Assembly: GCA_965112155.1 (NCBI GenBank)
Contig: OZ218103.1
Direction: 5' to 3' (one strand)
Length of the DNA: 64,000 bases
Source of the DNA: Podarcis liolepis
Taxonomy: Eukaryota
In this document: positions 24,178 to 36,992 of the stretch, one piece after another
Numbering within the stretch: position 1 is the stretch's first letter
Layout of the letters: every line of letters starts with the position of its first letter
Translations under genes and position numbers: made by a program
Notes under the pieces: model-generated
The model's input: the letters and a program-made list of their open reading frames with translations, nothing else
The model's database searches: none
What the model was told of the DNA's origin: nothing

Positions 24178-25383
24178 AAAGTGATCTAGTTTTAACCATT
24201 AAATATTTTTTTTGTTTGCATCTATGCAAGAAAGAAGAGGAATATTTTGATGGGTTGGATTAATGGCTTTTAATGGACTGAGTTGAACCGGGGATTTTTT
24301 ATTCTAATATGTGCTATTTGGCTGAATAACAGCAATGATAATTTTCTTTACACCTTATTCATCTATTCATTTCAAAAGCTATTGACAATGTTGTTGCAAG
24401 CTGTTCAAAATGTTTCTTGTGGCTTCCAGTTTTAAAATGAACTATTTGACAAGAGTGGAGTTGTCCAAGTTTGTATCCTAGCATGCCATGTTCAATTTAA
24501 AACAGCAAACCTATTATACCTTCTACAGTTCGGAACAGAACATTTAATTGCCCTCTTGATTTTGTTGTTATCTGATTTGGGAAGTTTGATTTTATTTCCC
24601 AAGCTTGCAAGACTGTGCAGTCTTAATTTAATCTGCTTTCACTTTTTACTAAGGAGAGAGCTCAGCATTCCCCCCTGCCCCCAGATTCAACTGCAAAGTA
24701 GTTGATCCATTGTCTGCTTCAGCCAGTGGGGAAGAGAGAAGTAAGGAGATGAATGGAAGCAGCCGGGGCAGTGTGTGCACAAGCAGCTGCTGCAGAGAGT
24801 TCTGCCACAGTCTTCTTATTCCTTGCTTGCTATTAACATTTCTTATTGAATTTACTGGAAGCCAGAATCACACACCAGATATAGGGGTGGCTTCCTTCCT
24901 TCCTTCCTTCCTTCTGTTCTTTCTTTCTCTAAATAGGGAAGCATATAACTTTAGTACCCTTTGTTTCTGCTGGTATTAAAATTTGCTTTTGAAGGTGAGA
25001 GAGCCCTTTTCTCCTTCTGCTTCCAAGAGTTTGTGATGTGCAAAACAGAAAATCCCCTGACATCTAGGACAGTCCTAGTTGTGAATATGCTGCACACCCT
25101 GCTCCATCTTAAGTTCTCATCCCCAGTAGTGATAGTACTCTGATCTTTGTGCAACACATAAACAGTCTAATAGCAGCAAAGCATATTAATCATTTTTTTC
25201 TGATTCAGTGCACGAATCATAGAGTAAGAAGGGTCCCTAAGGGTCACAGGAGCCAACCGAGGTCCCTTGGGAGCACCCAATAAAATATTTTAGGGGGCTG
25301 CCATTTGACATTTCCCCATGCGCTTTGCATTCCTTGGAGCAGGGGTGGATTAACCATTAAGCAAAACAAGCATGTGCTTAGGG

Positions 25384-25900
25384 CAGAGGCTTTTGACCTT
25401 TTTGAGTCCACAGCTCCCTTGACCAACTACATTCTTTCTGCAGCACCCCTGTGGGGCTCAGGGGCCCAGTTATGCCACCCCTTGCCTACAAAGCTGGCAG
25501 CCTCTCGCCCTTTTTCGAATACCCTTCCTTGTGGAGTGTTCCCTCAGCTTCCTCTCCCCTCCCCTTCCCTTGGGAATCCTCTGGGCAGCAGCCACCACCG
25601 CCCCGGCCTTTGAGCTGTGCTACCTGCCCCAAAAAGAGGTGCCTGCTCACACTGCCCCACAGGGGCCTGGGAAGACAATGCCCAAAACTATACACACAAC
25701 GGAAGTTAGAGAGAAGCAAAAACTATACACACAACGGAAGTTCCCAGCAGACTGTGCTGATATGTAAACAGACATGTGACATGCAATAGTTCCATGTCTG
25801 CAACTACAGGTGGAATGGAATTTTCCAACAGTGCCTGCCTGCCTGCCTGCCTTCCTGGCCTCCCACTTGTCTGTCCATTCCCACCACCAGGGGTGTGCGG
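25384..25900. mobile_element. Second, rearranged copy of the 23365 hAT family (left part; right TIR not seen)
   Basis: The first ~250 bp are collinear with 23365-23620. It carries an extra segment with two copies of aaaactatacacacaacggaagtt. The right boundary is uncertain. Confidence 0.7.
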
Positions 25901-27604
25901 TTGGTGTGCCTGGGATTTGTGGTGCATAGTGATTGGCTGCCATTGTGGTGAGCATCACTGTGGACATGGTGGACACTTCATCTCCTGTTTGCTTCCATTC
26001 CTTTGCTGTGCCACTTCCCATGAGTTATCTATAGCCAGCCTCACAGTTTGTACACACCTGATATGGGCGCCTGCAGCCAGTTCAACTGGCATCTCCCCTT
26101 CCTGAGCCTCCTGACTGAGCTCTAGATCTGGTGTACTTTATGCTGGCTTTACTTACGCCAGCATAATTTACTCCAGCTTCCTATGCTTACGTTTGCCCTG
26201 TAAGCTTCGGTAAATTGTGCACCTATAGCCACTGTTTTCCTGCTTTGCACAGAGGCAACTGGCTTCAAAAGTATTTTAGCAGAAGTAATTTTAATTGATC
26301 AGCATGCTACCCTAACAGGGCATGTGTAGTTGTTGTTGAAGAGAAGCAATGTACCTGAAAGAAGCTGGTGGGGGGAGAGGAGGAGGAAGCCAATTCAATT
26401 GAATGGATGGTGCTTTCTATTTAGAGTGGCATCGGGGCAAGCCATCCGTAAGTCCCCTTGGAAGAATAAACATGCTTTGTGGGTTTCCCCCTCCCCATTC
26501 TCTCTGTAGCAACAGCGTGTAGCAGAGGCAAGTCTCACTGGAGGTTGATGGCTTACAACAGGTCAAGGTTAGTGGAAATGGGCTCCGGGTCTCTGTGCAG
26601 CAGAGCGTACCACATCCATGCTTGTACTCATTGTAACACCAGGTCGTACATGAAAATGAACAGGCTAATATGGTCAGGTGGGTGTTTGGGGGCAAATGGA
26701 GCAAGCAAGGGGAGAAGCTGCCAGAGTTGTCATCCGTCCCCCCCAGCTTATTTGTTTATTTTCTTATTATTTTCATCTTTTGCAGTTTCCTGGAAAATCA
26801 AAGTATTATTTTTTTTCTTGTGAACAACCAGGATGTCTTGACCTTTTCCCCTCCTTTTACAATAAAAACAGAAAGCAAGGAAGCATTTAAGCCAGTGACT
26901 TAAATAAAGCGGCACCTGATTCATAGTTGGTTTCTTTGTTTTGTTTTATGAATTGCAGCCGTCGAAGCTGCAAAGAGCAGTGGAAACCCAGCACAACCCT
27001 TTCCCTGGTGCTATTTTTCTGCTGAAATCTCCCCAGCTGCTTTTTGCTGGGGTATGTATCTACCTATAGATATCTCTACCTATGTAATGCAAAAAGCAGT
27101 TTTGATTTTGACTGGGGAAACAGCACATTTCACCCCATGCTGTTCTTCTCCTTTGGTTTCTAGAGAATAGCTGCATTTTAAAATCAAAAAGAACAAGGGG
27201 GGAAGACTTTCCCAGGGATAAGCTACATGCTACTGAGCTTGTCGTGTCATATGGCCCTCAAGGACGGAAGGGATATATGTTGCAAAGAGAAGAGTTCCTG
27301 TTTAGCCAGCATGCTGACTACTTAAAAAAAACACACTGATAATAAAGGGCACAATAAGACTGCAGTACTTTTAATTTGCAATGGGTGCTTCCACAGAGCA
27401 GTGTTTTGTGGATGTAGTGCTGCTCATGCATGGAAGTTTTCTACAGTGTCCACACAATATTGGCCTCATTGAAATGCTGTCTGATATTATTTTTCCATTT
27501 AACCCACATTTACTGTTTCTGCAAAAGAAAATTAAAAAACAACATGGAAATAGTGCATCTGCATTAAAGAGGGAGGAAAAGTGGATTGTTGTTGGGTTTT
27601 TGGT

Positions 27605-28060
27605 TTTTTGATTACCTGTCCTTCATCCTAATGTCCTAGGGTAGATTAAAGCATTAAAACAATATTAAAACAATATTAAAATCAATTTAAAACAATTTGC
27701 AATCATACAAATAAGGTGAATCCTAAAAACATACACCTCAGATGTCAAAAGCCAGGGTAAAGGAGTACATCTTCAGCATTCTCCTGAAGCTTTATAATGA
27801 AGGTGCCAGATGCCCCTCTGTGGGGAAGGAGTCCCACAGCTTAGGGGTCACCACAGAGAATGCCCTCTCCTGGGCTGCCATCTCTCGATCCTTTGAGAGC
27901 AGAGGAACTACCAAGATGGCCCCCTTTCAGCACTCAAGAGGGTCAGTAGGGAAGGAGTCTGTCTTGTGGGTATTTGGGGCCTGAGTGGTTATAGGTTTTA
28001 AACACTAACATTAGCACCTTGAATTGGGCCCAGAAACAATCTGGCAACCAGTGTAGCTAT
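27605..28060 (-). mobile_element. L2 LINE 3' fragment
   Basis: agcaccttgaattgggcccagaaacaatctggcaaccagtg (reverse-strand HWLPxxxxAQFKVL), plus gtcaccacagagaatgccctc and an AT-rich tail. Confidence 0.8.
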
Positions 28061-30735
28061 TTTTATTTCATTTAGAAAAGTACTTACATATCACCATTTT
28101 GCAAAGCATCAGGGTGGAGATAAATAAATGGATAAATGTGAATGGTCTCAACCAGTCTATATTGTCATATCCAGGATACTAAGATGGTGAGTACACTATT
28201 TCAAAAATAAGAGAATTTAGAAATCTTTGATGCTGACTCCACTAGAGCTGCAGTGTTCTTACAGGAAGGTCATTTGTTTAAGGAGCTGCAGGGATCTAGA
28301 ATAAGGGTCAGTCCTATCAAATAAGAAGCATCTGGCTTCTCTTCTGTTGCATCATGAGAGGTGGCTTTTCCAGCAGAGTGAAAGATTCCCTGGAGTTAGA
28401 TTATGTAGCAAAACAATTAACCTTTTCTCTGTTGGAAACTATTCCTTGCCGATACCTATTAATTGTCATAACCTGTACAGAAGGCAGAACAGCAATGTCA
28501 ATAAAATATACCCTGTATTACTGCGAGTGTTTGGTACAAGTATGACTTTAATGTTTAGCTGCTGAAAAGATGCCAACCATGAGCAAAGAAAGGACAAACT
28601 TGTTTCACCCAGCAAGCATCCATCAGATCTGACATCCATCCTGTATCTCTAGACAAATTAGGAATCATTAATTCTTCATTATGCTGGGGAGTCTTATCCT
28701 ACCTCGAGTATTCGTAATGTGTCTATTATTCTCACCCACTGCAAATACAGTTAACCTCAAGGCCATGGGACATCAAGATAGATGGCAGTCAATGAAAGGG
28801 ACAAGTTAATGGTTCTTCATATGTCTCATTATAGTACACAAGCCCTGAACATTTTGTTTTATTGCAAAATTATTCCGGCATCTGTGAATTCCATATCCTG
28901 TTACAATAAAATATTTGACCTCCTGTGGTGGCCTCACTTAACCTGGAAGATAGTAGCCTGGAGACTGATTCAAAAGATTCCAAGGAAGATGATTTTATGT
29001 ATAAAATGACTACGCAAATGACTATATAAGATACAGCTGACACGGTCCTTTTGCACCGGGGTTTCATGATAATTTTTACACCAAAAAATGTGAAATTCAT
29101 TCCACCACTTTTCACCTTTTAACAGTTAGCTGCCATTGATTTTTGCACTTTGCTTACTGACGACAATTCAGTGTAGTCCATTTTGTCTCTAGCTAAGCAG
29201 TTTTCATTTATCCTGAGGTGTAAACAAGGGAAAGGTGTTTCGTGTATTTTGTGTATCTCATCGTGCAACCAGTTTTTTTTGTAAGTATTTACACTTGTTA
29301 GTTAGAAAAATACTTTTTCTAGTTCAGTGAAGCAAAGTGTGTGAAGTTGGAAGGCAAGCATGTTGGGAAGACTGGTGATAAAATCAGGATTGCATACCAC
29401 AGAAAAAAATGGCAGAGAAAAAAATGACAAATGCTTGGTTTATGTGCTTTGAACACTGTACCAAGGCAGGGGTTGCCAATCTTTTTAGAGCAGTGGGCAC
29501 ATTTTGAATACTGAGAAAATGTCATTGGTACCAGTTACAAAATGGCTGCAATGGGAACATGGCATAATACAACATGGCTGGTGTGCCGACATGGCGCAAC
29601 ACAGAATGAAGGAGAGTATTGTCATTGCTGCTGCCGCCACCACCTAAACAACCTTGTGCTTGGGAAGCAAGGGAAGAAAAGAGAGCAGCAAATAACTGAG
29701 TACCAGTATCGATGGAACTGTCTGGAAATTTTGTCTGACTGGGCTAATAACAAAGGAAAGAAACGTTAAGAGGGACAGGTTGAAAGAGAGCATGCCTTGG
29801 TCAAAGGGAGACAGAGGAATATGAGAGAGTTCACAACCAGAATAAGGAAAAATGGAACAATAACCAACAAATTATACCCAGGGAACTATTGTTATTGGCT
29901 GGCTTATAAACTGAATTAATTAATAAATGGTGTTTTTTTTAATGCATTAAAACTTTAAAATCTTTTCTCTCTCTCTGTGAAGTTTTGTTTAAACCCTCTT
30001 GCAACACCCCCTTCCTATCTTTTGCCCTTCTAATGAGATATTTAACTACTTCGTTTATTTTTTTGTGCACTTTGATTTGTGGAGTTGCTAGGAGCGTTTT
30101 GTTCTATTATTCACCACAGGCTTCTGTGAGTATGTGTGTGCGCATACACATGCAGGCCTCCCCACACACCTGTGCTTAATATGTGTCATCAGAAGGTGCT
30201 TGGCAGTCCGCAGCCTTGCCAACTGCCACTAATATATAAACACATCAGTAAAATATATTGGGTCATCTGATGGTTTGGAAGATCTTTTATTTCTCACTTC
30301 TGTAATCGAAGTAGAAGGGACAGATTGATTTTTCCCCCCCTTCTGCTTCTAGAGAAGAAAGATAGTTCAAATGAGTTGACTGTACTTCAGGTGACAGACA
30401 TTACTAGGGATAAACAACACCAGTGAGTCAAGAATGTTATAATCAATGGGTGAGCAGCTGTTATTCTGTTCAAGTGGTTTTCTTGTGTTGTCTATAGACT
30501 GCTCTCCATCCCTTGTGTTTGGAAGTCCAATTTCCTTTACGTGATACATATTCTGTGTGGATGTCTAAGTGGTAGAAGGGGGGCAGTATACAAGCTGCTA
30601 ATTTGTTGGAAGAACAAATGATGTGGCGCCTATATAAGGCTTTGTGCATAGTGTATTGCACAGCTGCTGTTTGTTGTGGTATTTGGGTGCATAGCATTAA
30701 CATGTAATGTGTTGCTATGGGGCTATGCATTGACT

Positions 30736-31064
30736 GTAAAGGGACCCCTGTCCATTAGGTCCAGTTGTGGCCGACTCTGGGGTTGCAACGCTCATCTTGC
30801 ATTATTGGCCGAGGGAGCCGGCATACAGCTTCCAGGTCATGTGGCCAGCACATGGAAGAGCAGCACACGGAGACGCCGTTTACCTTCCCGCCGGAGCGGT
30901 ACCTATTTATCTACTTGCACTTTGACGTGCTTTCGAACTGCTAGGTGGGCAGGAGTAGGGACCGAGCAACAGGAGCTCACCCTGCCGTGGGGATTCGAAC
31001 CGCCGACCTTCTGATCGGCAAGTCCTAGGCTCTGTGGTTTAACCCACAGCGCCACCCACGTCCC
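30736..31064 (-). mobile_element. Sauria SINE (Squam1)
   Basis: Reverse complement of the 4855 family. tgcattgactgta is repeated on both flanks. Confidence 0.92.
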
Positions 31065-32350
31065 AATGCATTGCATTGCATTGACTGTACTGTACTATAA
31101 ATGGTATACATTTTGGGGTTTGGACTCAAGAGAGCTAGCTGTGCCAGAAGGATTTCTTAAAGCTGATTAAACCTGCTGGCCAAGTCTGGTCATACCTTCC
31201 TGAGGCTGCTGGCGTATGGCTTGAAATAGTGAGGAACAATTTGAATCTTCCTTAACTTTAAGGAAAAACAACAGACTGCAGTTGTCAAGTTTGAGCCAGA
31301 GATTGAGAAAAACCTGGAGACAGAGATTAGTTTGGTCCCTAAACTAACAGCATTTGGGCTGGCTGGGACAGTGAGTTTACTTTGGCTGTTTGTTGGAGTG
31401 CTCTAGGTTTTGCATCCACCTATGCCTAGCTGTAGATTTGTAAATAAATTCAAATATTCCAGTGACTTCCATCCAAAGGAAATTAAACCCATGTACACAT
31501 TGAACCCCTGCAACTGCTCACTGCTCAGAAAAGTAAAGTAAGTGTAGCAATACTGTTTAAGGTAATATTTTGGGAATGTCATAATTTTTAGTACTTGTGT
31601 TGTGCCAAGGAGAGGTCCTGGTTCTAGTGTCCCAGAAAAGATGTCAGGTAACATTGCCAATCCTGTTCCCTACAAATGTCATGCCGTGCACCCTTTTATA
31701 TACTGTGCAAAGGCTTAAACCACGCAGGTGCACCTAGGCAGCTTTGGCCCCTTGTGCAATACAAGTTGCAGCAATAGACAGCTGTAGCTGCACTCATAAA
31801 TGGTGTCAACTAACAACACTTCATTTGCCCATGTCAGAGATTAGATTCAGGCTATAAAGTAGTCAGTTATGAAAGTAGTGTCATACCAAACTCTGCAAGA
31901 AATATACAAGCTTCCATGTTTCACAAATCAGGCATGATTAAAGCATTCTCCAGACTTGCTAACCCATGAGGAAAGATCATGGGGATGAATGCATCAGCGT
32001 CATGCTCCCCTCACCCTCCACAAACTTTTGAAGTGGAGACCACCTATGGTGTTTCCCGGTGTATTTTAAAACCTTCTAAAACGTGTGGGGATCCTCCATG
32101 AATATAGGGGCTCCCCACTTCAGAATTTCAGCCTTCAATTCATGTAGGCTGATGTACGGCTACAGCCAGCATGCTCATTCATTCCCACAGCCCCCATTGT
32201 GCGTTAGCACCTAATCCAAATACCTGATGAGGCCTTCTGTCTATGAGTCTACAAAAACAAACTTGTAGATGAGTTGTTATGTAGAAGCTTGATTCATCAC
32301 ATGTGGCCTGAATCGAGATAATGGATTTAATTGTCTTAGCAATATAGTTA

Positions 32351-32695
32351 CAGTGGTGCCCCGCAAGACGAATGCCTCGCAAGACGAAAAACTCGCTAGA
32401 CGAAAGGGTTTTGCGGTTTTTGAGCTGCTTCGCAAGACAAATTTCCCTATGGGCTTGCTTCGCAAGACGAAAACGTCTTGTAAGTTTGTTTCCTTTTTCT
32501 TAACACCGTTAATACAGTTGCGACTTGACTTCGAGGAGCAACTCATAGAACGTGGTGTGGTAGCCTTTTTTGAGGTTTTTGGTGATTTTTGAAGCTTTTC
32601 CAAAACTTTTCCGACACCGTGCTTCGCAAGACGAAAAATTCGCTAGACGAAAAAACTCACGGAACGAATTAATTCCGTCTTGCGAGGCACCACTG
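32351..32695. mobile_element. Tc1/mariner (pogo/Tigger-like) MITE, 345 bp, young
   Basis: TA TSDs. TIRs cagtggtgccccgcaagacg / cgtcttgcgaggcaccactg. Internal repeats of cgcaagacgaaaa. CpGs retained. Confidence 0.92.
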
Positions 32696-32884
32696 TATTT
32701 GTCTTATCAGTGCCAGTACCAGGAAGCTTATGTTATTATCAACACTGCTTTGTAAATCATCACTACAGTATTTATTTTCATACATTTAGCATTTTATCCC
32801 TAACTTCTGGCCCCACTATTAAAATTTTATATCTTTTACATCAATGCCCATTTATATATCTGCCAATTTGTCATAACCTTCCAT

Positions 32885-33030
32885 GCATCCAATGAAGTGG
32901 ACTCTAGTCCTTTAATGCTTATGCCATAATAAACCAATTAGTGTTTAAGATTGCATAAGAATTAAAGTGTTTTGCTTTAATTTTGCATTTGTTGCAACAA
33001 AACTATCAACAACTACCCCTCTGAAACTTG
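32885..33030 (+). mobile_element. Decayed Penelope-like terminal repeat fragment
   Basis: gcatccaatgaagtggactctagtcc...gcttatgccataataaa...ttagtgtttaag resembles squamate Penelope ends. Confidence 0.55.
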
Positions 33031-34640
33031 TATGTCGCTATTCCAGCTGGAATCGGTCCAGTGAAATAGATATATAATACCTTGTCATTCCTATTCTCTT
33101 GACAGCAAAAACCATGTATACTGAGAAGGATTTGCAGAATGGAAGATATTCCCGTAATTGTAATGGCTGTGTATCTTTTTACGACAGACAGTTGTTGACA
33201 TGTTGGTTAGGAAGTCACAATATGTACATTTTATATGTTTTATTTGAATAATATTTGTAAGAGTTCATAGGCTTTTGACCAACATTGGCCAACAGAATCT
33301 ATGCACAGAAGGAAAAGATGCCACCTATTTTGTATGCCTCTGGGCTGAGCCTGGCACTGACATGCAATACGGTGGGCCTCCTATTGAGCTGCCGGTGCCA
33401 GTAACTCTACATTTCTCTCCTTTCAAGTACTGTCAGCCTCTACTAAGTTTTGCTTGCAAGGTTCATAAAGACTGTCATTCATTGTGGTGTAGCTACATAA
33501 ACACCGATTTGTTGTGCTCTAAATGTTAGTGACTTCACAGCGAAGCTGTTCTAAACAGTAAATCTCTTGTAGAAGAGCCACACTCTCTTTCCTGCTGAAT
33601 GATATTGCCACTGCTTTAGACTGTGCTTACTTTAAATAAACTACAGCTGGAGGGGATCTTCCCCTTTTGAATGATGGATTCTGAGGGGTGTTTTTCTCCC
33701 CCTAATCCTAGTTAATGTTACTTTTCTGACTATGTCAGACTATCCAATTAGGCCTAACGATCAGTTACAAGCACCAGCACACTCAAGTGTTCAGTTTTTC
33801 AGCCTCTTTCTTTCTTAATGCACCCACCATATTAAATTAAACTCTCTTCCAGTCTGCAGCTTTTACAAGCTAAATGAAGAGACTGTACTCTTTCTTTGCG
33901 GCTCTTCATCAGATGCAAGAGAATCGTGTGCCCCTTGACTTTCACAAGGTTATTCAAGAGAATGTTTTTTATTCAGTGACTGGGCCTGAGAGACCTGCAA
34001 GCAAAGGACAGTGTATAGGTGAGGTATTGAGCAAGTGATATAAATTCTTAGGGGTGCTTTTGGCCCCATAATAAAATGGTGGCAAATGTAATCATGCAAT
34101 ATTGACATGGTTATTGCTCAGGTTGTGATTATATCACAGTTTGTATTGTGTTGCAGTTAATGTCCATGTGACCTTTTTATCAGAATTTAACAAGGGCACT
34201 CCAACATGCAAGTTTTTTGTGTTTTTTAAGAGAGCTGGGATGCAAATTTACTGCTCCTCTATTCACATTACTAGAAACGCTAGTGTTCCACTCTTCCCGA
34301 CAATCCATGTTCAGGAAAGCATTCAGGAAAGTAAGAGGAAGGGAAGGACTTCACAGCTCTAGCTTTGCAAATGTGAAAGGGGAGGAAAATGAATTGTCTT
34401 TTTGGAAGAGTCCCTTTTGTGCACTTGCATCTTGATTTGGAAAGGGTGATGTGGGGGCAGCAACAGATTTCGATACAATCCTATATCCAGAATGGAATTG
34501 GAATTGGAAGGAAGCTGCTTTACAGCAATTGTCCTTTATTCTGGGGTAGGAAACCGAAAGATTTGCCTCTGAACTGTGGTCCTGCCCCACAGCTTGAGAT
34601 GCCACAAGTATGATCCATAGGGTAGGCACCACATGCACAT

Positions 34641-34686
<46 letters not shown>
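34641..34686. repeat. (TAC)n microsatellite
   Basis: Read directly from the sequence. Confidence 0.95.
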
Positions 34687-34687
<1 letters not shown>

Positions 34688-34699
34688 CTACTCTTATGG

Positions 34700-34870
34700 C
34701 TTGTACCCCATTGCCATGATATATATTTGGGAAGGGTTAGCACTCACTACTCCGGCTGAAGTATTCTGCACAAGCTGCAACCTCAGGACCAGCCAGAAGA
34801 GAAACCTCATACTGGGCACATTACAGTAGTCTATGATTACCAGCATCTGAACCTGTGAATGTATCACAGC
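34700..34870 (-). mobile_element. L2 ORF2 remnant
   Basis: ORF 34694-34894(-) IDYCN...RLQLVQNTSAGVV matches the L2 pattern LDYCN...KLQLVQNAAAR. Confidence 0.7.
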
Positions 34871-35781
34871 AGGCCTGGGGTTCCAACATCCCATTCACTG
34901 ACTATTTGAGGGTGCAACAGAGACAGCAATTTAGGTCTTTTTTGCTGCCTTTGTCACTATATCTTAGGCATGGTGGCATGCTTTAAACACTGTTCCATTG
35001 GTTTCACACTTGATCTTGCACCACTTCTAGTCCAGCCATCCTCCAGCCTACATCATTGTTTGTAGCTCTGAGGAAAACCAAGGAGCACAACAAGCTCCAT
35101 AGTGTTGAAGTGGGCACCCCCAAGCTGAACCTCATCTCATTGCTCTACAATAAGGTAAGTGCATCAACAAGAACGACAGGAGTTTTATATCAAGACCACA
35201 ACGCCCCTGGTTTGCCACCACAGTGCTAAATCAAATGTGCAGAACGCTTCTGTACAACTGAAAATGAGAATTTGCTGTCAAAAACACTTCCAGCTAGACA
35301 TAAATTTTTGGATAGTGTCCCAGAATGCTCTGGGTGGTCTTTTAAGACTACAGAGCACAGACCACAGTGGGCTATACATTTTGGCAGGGCTATCAGCTTT
35401 TTTCATGTCTCCTGCCAGTGATAGGATGGAAAACATAACCAAAGATTTGTGAGACTTTTCTTGAAAACATGCCATGAAGTAAATAAAGGAGATGAAGAAG
35501 GAAACATTTTGTACTAATGCTGTACAGATGCCAATCTACTTCTTAGTGAGCACCAATACCCCAAGGTAAAATTGGATCGTAAAGCATTCCTCCCCTTGAC
35601 TATGTAATCTGTGTGGAGTAACACTGTGCGTGTGTGTTTTGTTATATCATATGGAGTTATTTGGTTACATATTTATGTTGTTCTTGCTGTTAATGTAATG
35701 TAAGCTGTTTGTCCCAAACCAGCTGAAGTTAATTGACTTTAAGTTCCAATGAGGAGGAGCTCTAAGTACTTACATAACAAA

Positions 35782-35933
35782 GGGCCAGCTCTGGATAGCT
35801 CAGTTGATTAGAGTGTGGTGCTGGTAACACCAAGGTTGCAGGTTTGAGCCCCATATGGGATAGCTGCATATAGGGAGTTGGAATAGATGATCCTTAGGAT
35901 CCTTTCTAGCGCTACAGTTCTATGATTCTATGA
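35782..35933 (+). mobile_element. Short SINE: tRNA-Ile-derived head plus CR1 3' tail
   Basis: tagctcagttgattagagtgtggtgctggtaacaccaaggttgcaggtttgagcccc resembles tRNA-Ile(AAT). The tail ends ttctatgattctatga. Confidence 0.75.
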
Positions 35934-36104
35934 GACTTGTCCTGAAATATGCCATGGAGCAGCTGGAATAAACTGAACATGTTGGACAACATGATCCCCT
36001 CAGAAGAACTGTGGTTTCTGATGGGTTACCTGGGACAAAATGTGACCCATTTGGAGATCGTAGTTGGCTAAGGAAGGGCTTTCCAAAACAATTGGTTGGC
36101 ATGC

Positions 36105-36604
36105 TAAGCAGCCAGTTCTGGGCACCACAATTTAATAAGGATATTGACAAGCTGGAGCGTGTGCAGAGGAGGGGAACCAAGATGATCAAGGGTTTGGAGA
36201 CCAAGCCTTATGAGGAACTGTTAAAGGAACTAGGTATGTTTAGCCTGGAAAAACCTGGAAAAGAGGAAATACATGATAGCCACCTTCAAATATCTAAAGG
36301 GCTGTCACATGGAAGATGGAGCAAGCTTGTTTTCTCCTGCTCTGGAGTGTAGGAGCCGAACCAATGAATTCAAGTTACAAGAAAGATTCCGACTAAACAT
36401 CAAGAAGAACTTTCTGACACTAAGAGCTATTCAACAGTGGAACAGACACTCTTGGGAGGTTGTGGACTTTCCTTCATTGGAGGTTTTTAAGCAGAGGTTG
36501 GATGGTCTTCTGTCTTGGATGCTTTAATTAAGATTTCCTGCATTGCAAGGGGTTGAACTAGATGGCCCTCAGGGTCCCTTACAACTCTACATTTCTATGA
36601 TTCT
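36105..36604 (+). mobile_element. CR1 LINE 3' fragment (~500 bp)
   Basis: [35 protein letters not shown] and [10 protein letters not shown]...FKQRLD are CR1 ORF2 C-terminal peptides (frameshifted). Ends ttctatgattct. Confidence 0.93.
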
Positions 36605-36864
36605 TTGCACAGCCACCTATGGAGGAAAACAGAAGAGTCAAGGGGTTAAGAGGCATGCTCAGAGTGCAAACAAGACTGGGCACCTGGAAAACACCTTGAC
36701 ATCTCCTGTTAAAACAGGGATGGGGAACCTGTGGCCCTCCAGATATTGTTGGATTCTTAATGGCCAGTGGTCAGGTATGATGAAATCTGTAATTCAACAA
36801 CCTCTGGAGGCCACAGATTCCCTACCCTAAGTTAGAAGGATCAAACAGCATAGGAATTGATGCG

Positions 36865-36992
36865 AAAAGACCTCTGCCCAAGACCTCAGAGACCTCCTGC
36901 CACCTTTCAGAGTCAACTATATAACAAAACAACAACTATATTGGGCTAGTTAGACAAACAGTCTAACCTGGTATAAGGCAACTACCTATGAT
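36865..36992 (+). mobile_element. Squam2-like SINE 3' remnant
   Basis: gtctaacctggtataaggcaactacctatg tail. Confidence 0.45.

Noticed and set aside
32360-32655. Spaced cgcaagacgaaaa repeats resembling a CRISPR array
   Set aside because: Irregular spacing inside a TA-flanked TIR element in vertebrate DNA; these are MITE subterminal repeats.
35790-35870. tRNA-Ile gene (also 52633-52692)
   Set aside because: The anticodon arm and stems are mutated and the sequence is fused to a CR1 tail, so it is a SINE head.
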